From Octopus vulgaris (taxonomy: Eukaryota), in assembly GCA_951406725.2 (NCBI GenBank), contig OX597827.1, positions 23,808,001 to 23,872,000 of the forward strand: a DNA stretch of 64,000 bases. The letters run 5' to 3'. Below the pieces are notes generated by a model that saw only the letters and a program-made list of their open reading frames with translations, did no database searches and had not been told where the DNA came from. A program made the position numbers and the translations under genes. This document shows positions 61,821 through 64,000 of this stretch, in pieces; the first letter of the stretch is position 1, and every line of letters starts with the position of its first letter.

Positions 61821-62473
61821 TGTCTAACCTCTTTTTTTTTTTGTTCTTTTTATTCCAGTGTTCAAAAACTCCCTGTCTATTCAACAAAGCATCTAAATCT
61901 GATCGAAAGAAAGTAATTAAAGAGCTAATTAATAGTCTCTCGTCGGAAGACTTGGTGGTGGTGGCCCAGATCCTTAAACAACGATTGGATAAAGGAAAGG
62001 TGAAGAAGAGGGCACCGAAAGACCAATTGAATCCTTCAATGAGCAATGAACAAAAGGAATTTGAAGAAATCGAAGTAGATATGTGGCTGTCTTCTGAAGA
62101 TGAAGATGGAAATAAACAGCCAAGTACTGAGGTGGAACAGGTGCAGGCCGGCACCGATTCCGTTTCAAATGCTGCTGCTGCTGCACTGCCATGCACGGCA
62201 TCAAATACAGCAACAGCAGCAGATGAAACCAAAACAAGCACAGAAGATGATGAATGGAAGCCACCTTTGCCAAAAACCCCTCCTCCCGACCAGCCACCGA
62301 CGCTCCTTGAAGAACCTGAGGTAATTTTCGTTGACAATAATGACGTCACTGACAAACATTTAATTGAAGCCGAGTCAACTCTACCCTCGGCAGCGGCGGC
62401 AACCGTTAGCCAACAGCAACAACAGCAACACATGCCACAAACAGCCAACACAAATGACCAATCAAAACAACAG
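2564..62473 (+). CDS. JAKMIP: Multi-exon JAKMIP-family / giant coiled-coil gene (partial; 5' end upstream of window); 16 exons reconstructed, 1,747 codons
   Basis: Sixteen exons with pyrimidine-rich AG acceptors and GT donors join without a stop or frameshift. The N-terminal exons match remembered vertebrate JAKMIP CC3 motifs in the same order. The join across intron 19967-38920 is phase-compatible but not proven. Confidence 0.75.
3971..4205 (-). mobile_element. Duplicate fragment of the Penelope-like RT (copy of 5936-6174)
   Basis: Diverged direct repeat of ttggaatattgca...cattatgctttt.ccatc. Confidence 0.75.
4584..4677. repeat. Perfect 46-bp inverted repeat with 2-nt spacer
   Basis: 4584-4629 is the exact reverse complement of 4632-4677. 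Flanked by (TA)n. Confidence 0.95.
5150..6180 (-). mobile_element. Decayed Penelope-like retroelement (RT and GIY-YIG-region remnants)
   Basis: Minus-strand hand translation gives [46 protein letters not shown] and YCTLCNLE. These match PLE motifs GLYRDD, NFLDVTF..YKPY.KPND..SNHP, HKY.KIFN and CxLCxxE, with stops and frameshifts. Confidence 0.7.
6533..6646 (+). CDS. JAKMIP: JAKMIP-like exon ([21 protein letters not shown]...DIWDE)
   Basis: tttcag acceptor, GAG|gtatgg donor, 114 nt. DDACSVDSE resembles the JAKMIP DEESVDSET motif. Confidence 0.85.
7032..7157 (+). CDS. JAKMIP: JAKMIP CC3 exon ([42 protein letters not shown])
   Basis: ccacag acceptor, AAG|gtaagg donor, 126 nt. Aligns without gaps to remembered JAKMIP1 [41 protein letters not shown]. 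Confidence 0.92.
7335..7925 (+). repeat. 28-bp minisatellite (caacaacatccaccccagcatctccact), about 21 copies
   Basis: Direct tandem repeat with no spacers. Explains ORFs 7225..7980 and 7229..7846. Confidence 0.95.
7981..8064 (+). CDS. JAKMIP: JAKMIP CC3 exon ([28 protein letters not shown])
   Basis: ctccttatag acceptor, TTG|gtaagt donor, 84 nt. Resembles JAKMIP TREQLQADLLRCQAKIEDLEKLLVEKGQ. Too short for the ORF track. Confidence 0.9.
9365..9427 (+). CDS. JAKMIP: JAKMIP CC3 exon ([21 protein letters not shown])
   Basis: ctctcttcatccag acceptor, AAG|gtaagg donor, 63 nt. Resembles JAKMIP DSKWVEEKQLLIRTNQDLLEK. Confidence 0.88.
11541..11654 (+). CDS. JAKMIP: JAKMIP CC3 exon ([38 protein letters not shown])
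   Basis: ttttgcag acceptor, ACG|gtgagt donor, 114 nt. Contains the JAKMIP hallmark LEFR(I/V)LELEE. Confidence 0.92.
12062..12362 (+). repeat. Compound (AT)n/(GT/GC) microsatellite
   Basis: Direct reading. Source of the YIYI ORFs. Confidence 0.95.
15549..17102 (+). mobile_element. Tandem array of 7 tRNA-head MetaSINE-like SINEs separated by (ATT)n tails
   Basis: Units of about 150-220 bp start near 15549, 15781, 16031, 16258, 16497, 16689 and 16916. Each has an A box-like head and most keep the gttctgagttcaaat B box. The central actttgcctttcatcctttcggggtcgataaattaagtaccag resembles the Meta domain. Confidence 0.85.
19913..19966 (+). CDS. Exon ([18 protein letters not shown])
   Basis: cttgctttctccacag acceptor, ACT|gtaagt donor, 54 nt, phase 0/0. 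Unique coding-like sequence between repeats. Confidence 0.72.
21670..21975 (+). mobile_element. Non-autonomous retroposon family C with (GAT)n tail, probably RTE-mobilised
   Basis: Consensus gcacgtaaaaagcacc...ggttggcattaggaagggcatccagctgtagaaac...ccatgctagcatggaaa..gacattaaacgatgatgat. More than 15 copies, e.g. 3000, 9610, 14560, 20865, 26350, 28620, 38073(-), 53570, 56345 and 59360(-). Confidence 0.8.
23839..23922 (+). CDS. Candidate alternative first coding exon ([28 protein letters not shown])
   Basis: aaaATGg start context and consensus donor ACG|gtgagt in phase 0. No homology support. Confidence 0.35.
26213..26343. repeat. Hairpin MITE-like element: 48-bp arms (about 6 mismatches), 35-nt spacer
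   Basis: tatttgccacctaaatgtgg...aatgctattgtt pairs with aacagtagcatt...ccacattttggtggcaaata. Confidence 0.85.
26757..27241 (-). mobile_element. Non-coding (TAA)n-embedded retroposon family D
   Basis: Shares one fixed end (gagtgagagagcagtgcatgccatcaaagtgacactggggtaaaa) with 19290-19454, 46087-46189 and 51533-51553. Every copy sits in TTA repeats. Confidence 0.75.
27595..28600 (+). mobile_element. Decayed RTE LINE 3' region split by nested insertions (about 27860-28400)
   Basis: [16 protein letters not shown]...VQERRP*WNG..VNEDS, then after the insert [14 protein letters not shown]. Compare RTE RRLERNE..MLRWMC..RRLRWYGHV.RM.ED..KC..RGRPRKTW. Confidence 0.6.
29278..29760. mobile_element. pogo/Tigger-like MITE remnant
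   Basis: TA|cagtgatacctcacagtacgagt at the left end and actcatactgtgaggt at the right end (imperfect TIR). Confidence 0.5.
30583..30705 (+). CDS. Candidate alternative first coding exon ([41 protein letters not shown])
   Basis: gctgccATG start, in-frame upstream TGA at 30538-30540, AGG|gtaaga donor in phase 0. Acidic composition like the downstream exons. Confidence 0.6.
30815..31135 (+). mobile_element. CR1/L2-type LINE 3' end remnant
   Basis: [31 protein letters not shown] resembles the RKHFFS.RV...WN.LP..VV....FK terminal motif. The 3'UTR contains a 32-bp tandem duplication (31046-31077 and 31080-31111). Confidence 0.6.
31505..31648 (+). repeat. (GACA)n/(GATA)n tetranucleotide expansion inside a family-A SINE
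   Basis: Direct reading. Confidence 0.9.
31980..33290 (+). promoter_or_regulatory. Putative internal promoter / 5'UTR region
   Basis: Visibly CpG-richer than the surroundings and free of the recognised TE families. GC box CCCGCCCC at 31996-32003, long (CT)n at about 32478-32553, candidate donors at 32714 (gtaagt) and 33183 (gttggg). Confidence 0.4.
33310..33369 (+). CDS. Candidate alternative first coding exon ([20 protein letters not shown])
   Basis: Acceptor ttttattttcctag at 33286, ATG at 33310, weak phase-0 donor CAG|gtggtt. Lies just downstream of a promoter-like region. Confidence 0.3.
36055..36372 (+). mobile_element. tRNA-derived SINE family E (gtgtccttgagcaagacactttatttcac core)
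   Basis: A/B-box head tggcttagtggttaggg...gagttcaattccc. Related copies near 690, 3410, 14215 and 17950(-). Confidence 0.75.
37852..38493. mobile_element. piggyBac-type MITE with nested family-C retroposon
   Basis: ttaacccttcagcattt...gaatggtaaagggttaa ends. An uninterrupted related copy lies at about 29859-30084. Confidence 0.7.
38921..39208 (+). CDS. Coiled-coil gene exon ([11 protein letters not shown]...LQESKK)
   Basis: ctgttttcag acceptor, AAG|gttggt donor, 288 nt, purine-rich open frame. Confidence 0.88.
39990..40115 (+). CDS. Coiled-coil exon ([42 protein letters not shown])
   Basis: Long pyrimidine tract plus ctccag acceptor, AAG|gtgaga donor, 126 nt, heptad pattern. Confidence 0.88.
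41598..42611 (+). CDS. Large exon: acidic disordered region plus coiled coil (338 aa)
   Basis: ttttgttgcag acceptor, AAG|gtatat donor, 1,014 nt within ORF 41589..42740. Confidence 0.92.
43537..43750. mobile_element. mariner-type MITE
   Basis: TIRs ggtgctaaaaagttcctgg / ccaggaacttttcagcacc within TA-rich flanks. Confidence 0.65.
44100..44695 (+). mobile_element. Second cluster of about 3 MetaSINE-like copies
   Basis: Same consensus and (ATT)n tails. Other copies near 10430(+), 15170(-), 19630(+), 28920(-), 37470(-), 52070(+) and 57975(-). Confidence 0.8.
44945..45450 (-). mobile_element. R4/Dong-type RLE non-LTR 3' fragment
   Basis: Minus strand reads [22 protein letters not shown] and NIQKIIILGT. 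Confidence 0.65.
45795..46055 (-). mobile_element. R4/Dong-type 3' fragment
   Basis: Minus strand reads ALGTVSK...[12 protein letters not shown], followed by a (TAA)n tail. Confidence 0.6.
46850..47450 (-). mobile_element. R4/Dong-type fragment with zinc-knuckle remnant
   Basis: Minus strand reads [25 protein letters not shown] and LL*DFCIRTE...IINVA. Confidence 0.65.
47660..48080 (-). mobile_element. R4/Dong-type RLE endonuclease fragment
   Basis: Minus strand reads [23 protein letters not shown] and [11 protein letters not shown]...[10 protein letters not shown]...VDLQK. Confidence 0.75.
48120..48402 (-). mobile_element. R4/Dong-type C-terminal fragment
   Basis: ORF 48210..48401 [18 protein letters not shown]...[17 protein letters not shown], then a short 3'UTR and (TAA)n. 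Confidence 0.8.
48421..48800 (+). mobile_element. Non-autonomous Helitron/Helentron-like (DINE-1/HINE-type) element
   Basis: Starts tactagcagtatcacccgacgttgctcggg with a subterminal hairpin. Similar starts at 27965 and 60684. Confidence 0.5.
48842..49220 (-). mobile_element. R4/Dong-type C-terminal fragment
   Basis: Minus strand reads [21 protein letters not shown]...[18 protein letters not shown], then a 3'UTR and (TAA)n. Confidence 0.8.
49394..51484 (+). CDS. Giant coiled-coil exon (697 aa)
   Basis: ctttttcag acceptor, AAG|gtaagt donor, 2,091 nt. E/K/L-rich heptads (ORF 49418..51538). Confidence 0.95.
51490..52056 (+). repeat. Compound (ATT/ATC)n microsatellite, about 565 bp
   Basis: Direct reading. 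Produces the poly-I/L/Y/H artefact ORFs. Confidence 0.95.
53430..53555 (+). repeat. Minisatellite of about 17 bp (ccctggtgtgccactac), about 7 copies
   Basis: Direct tandem degenerate repeat. Confidence 0.8.
54434..54718 (+). CDS. Exon with poly-Q (VPINTQ...QQQQQQQQQ...ILQKGR)
   Basis: tttttttag acceptor, AGG|gtaagt donor, 285 nt, phase 0/0. Confidence 0.87.
54806..55275. mobile_element. Two tandem piggyBac-type MITEs (TTAA-CCCTTT...AAAGGG-TTAA)
   Basis: Copies 54806-55034 and 55058-55275 are highly similar. A reversed copy lies at 60213-60386. Confidence 0.75.
55457..55531 (+). CDS. Exon ([25 protein letters not shown])
   Basis: tttctttccag acceptor, CAG|gtgagt donor, 75 nt. Confidence 0.85.
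56777..56822 (+). CDS. Small exon ([15 protein letters not shown]+G), phase 0/1
   Basis: tatcctcag acceptor, CTG|gtaagt donor, 46 nt. Its phase-1 end is complemented exactly by the next exon. Confidence 0.72.
58380..58660 (-). mobile_element. Jockey/CR1-type RT remnant
   Basis: Minus strand reads LLAKLPS..HP...W..YFLS...SGVPQG. Confidence 0.5.
59235..59308 (+). CDS. Exon ([25 protein letters not shown]), phase 1/0
   Basis: ctcctctttcag acceptor, TTG|gtaagt donor, 74 nt. Restores phase 0. Confidence 0.78.
59835..60205 (+). mobile_element. tRNA-derived SINE family A (CORE-like ttgggcaagtgtcttctactatagc; tail gactgaaacaaataaaagaataaag)
   Basis: Near full-length copy. Homologous copies at 1-105(+), 1045-1420(-), 1445-1785(-), 20455-20825(+), 31310-31800(-), 33645-33785(-), 34835-35225(-) and 56115-56715(-). 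Confidence 0.85.
61520..61695. mobile_element. hAT-like MITE
   Basis: 17-bp TIRs cactagtgtagttagag / ctctagctacgctagtg (2 mismatches). Possible degenerate 8-bp TSD agtacatg/agtatata. Confidence 0.55.
61859..62473 (+). CDS. Exon (CSKTPCLF...SKQQ): short helical segment plus acidic/Pro-rich tail; may instead read through to TGA at 62522-62524
   Basis: ttcttttattccag acceptor; possible donor CAG|gttggt after 62473; ORF 61820..62524. Confidence 0.85.
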
Positions 62474-63527
62474 GTTGGTACCCCCCAACTCAGTGATGTT
62501 ATCCCCTCCCTCGTCTCTACTTGACCTCTGACACCATCAGCATGTCTAGTGGGCTTTTTTTTCTGTTGGCCATTTCCATTTTTCTACACCCTCGTTTTTG
62601 GACTCAGCTGCCATTAGTTTGTTTTATACATACATGTCTGCATGTTTGAGTGTCTGTGTGTGTGTGTGTGTGTATATATACACACACACACACACGGACC
62701 ACCATAGACTGTGGGTGAAGCATGTTGCTTTGGTTCATTTTGTTTGTTTTTTTTTTTATTTATTCTATGAACAAAACATCTTTTTATTAAAAAAAAGTTA
62801 TAAAAGCATCCACTCACACTCACTAACCATGTATACACAAGCACACATGCACATATACACACACACACACAGAGTTCTTGTAGTTACTTCTGTATAATGG
62901 TTTCAGCAGATTATTTGTCATTGAGACAAAAGTCTTCTGAATATTCTGGATTCCCGAATAGAACAGCATTCAGACCGTGAATACAGGCAGTGTGTGTGTA
63001 CATACATACACACACACACACATATATATACATACACACACACACACACACAGCATTGTAGAAGACTCGTTCCAAGGGCATACTGAGTGCTTATGTTTCT
63101 ACGTGAAAATAAAAGCTGCATTTAACGATATTGTTTACACTGTGTGTGTGTGTGATAAAACAGATGCCCAGATATTTTTCTTTTTAATATAAAATTATAA
63201 TTTTTTTTTTATATAAGTTAGTTAAATAAGTTCTAAATCGTCCCCCTTCCTCTCTCTTCTCTGCATGTAAATATGGTCAGATAATGTTTGGAGTGTGAAT
63301 GTTGGTGGATTAAACCGGTCAATAGAGACTGGACTGGACTGTTGGTAAAACAAATTTATGAAATGATGAAGGGGTCTATGTAAGTAGAACAGGACATAAC
63401 TGTGTATAAGGGAGAGAAAGATCAATCAGTGAATGGCAGGCAAAACTCTCTCTTAATTGCTCTTTCTATCACCCTTACTCTTTCTTCTCTTTATCTCTCA
63501 CTTCGGTCCTCTTCTATTTCCCTGCAG

Positions 63528-63551
63528 AGACACTTTTATCATTTAATATAA
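63528..63551 (+). CDS. Possible short terminal exon (RHFYHLI*)
   Basis: Strong pyrimidine tract plus ccctgcag at 63527. The phase-0 read gives an early stop. No other support. Confidence 0.25.
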   Translation, partial: RHFYHLI

Positions 63552-64000
63552 ATTGTTTTTAGACAATCTAAAGTTGTTTTGAGAAATCAACTGAAAACTG
63601 AAACACCTCAGTCAGTAATGGGTGAATGCTTTGTTATAAATGTGTTATAAATGAACACCAAATAATGTCAGCGTATTGGCAGAATGAATGAAAACGGTTT
63701 GTACTAGTAATAAATGAACACCATCTAATGAATGAATAATGGTTTGTGTCATGAGTACATCTACATGTTTGTAGTTCAAATTCCTGTCAGGGTCCACAAT
63801 GCCCTGTTATGTCTTTTGGGGGTCAATAAATACCAGTCATAATCTAGGAAGAAGAGAGCTTCAATCAAAACAATTATTTATACACAAAAAATGTTTTTTT
63901 TTTCTAGTCAAAATCCTATCTAATCAAATCAATATTTTAAATGTAATCAGATGAAGGGAAATTGCTTTTCAAAAGAATTTTCCCATTTTTTTGTTTGTAT

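Noticed and set aside
41654-62451. Ser/Leu/Phe-rich minus-strand ORFs (41654, 49390, 49858, 50686, 51175, 61810)
   Set aside because: Antisense shadows of the Glu/Lys-rich + strand exons, with no independent splice or homology support.
1-64000. Prokaryotic defence system, phage/viral insert or horizontally transferred operon
   Set aside because: No intronless multi-gene block or compositionally foreign segment was seen. All long ORFs are explained by exons of one gene or by repeats.

Overview
AT-rich, microsatellite- and SINE-dense animal genomic DNA. The repeat landscape looks like that of an octopus/coleoid cephalopod, but that is my inference and not verified. No prokaryotic operons, CRISPR arrays or rRNA are present. 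The window lies inside one large + strand intron-rich gene. I reconstructed 16 GT-AG exons (2564..62473; 5,241 nt, 1,747 uninterrupted codons; 14 of 15 introns phase 0). The first 6-7 exons encode a recognisable JAKMIP-family (Janus kinase and microtubule-interacting protein) CC3 region. These are followed by about 1,500 aa of mostly acidic coiled coil, including giant 1.0-kb and 2.1-kb exons, which would make the protein far longer than vertebrate JAKMIPs. The 19-kb central intron holds three candidate alternative first coding exons with phase-0 donors and a promoter-like CpG/GAGA region. The introns also contain at least four SINE-like families, including a 7-copy head-to-tail array. Other intronic content includes a decayed Penelope-like element, hairpins with hammerhead-like cores, six co-oriented R4/Dong-type retrotransposon 3' ends in (TAA)n tracts, RTE/CR1 remnants, several MITE types and a 28-bp minisatellite. 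Most entries in the ORF track are microsatellite or repeat artefacts. Repeat boundaries are approximate; exon boundaries were counted by hand.
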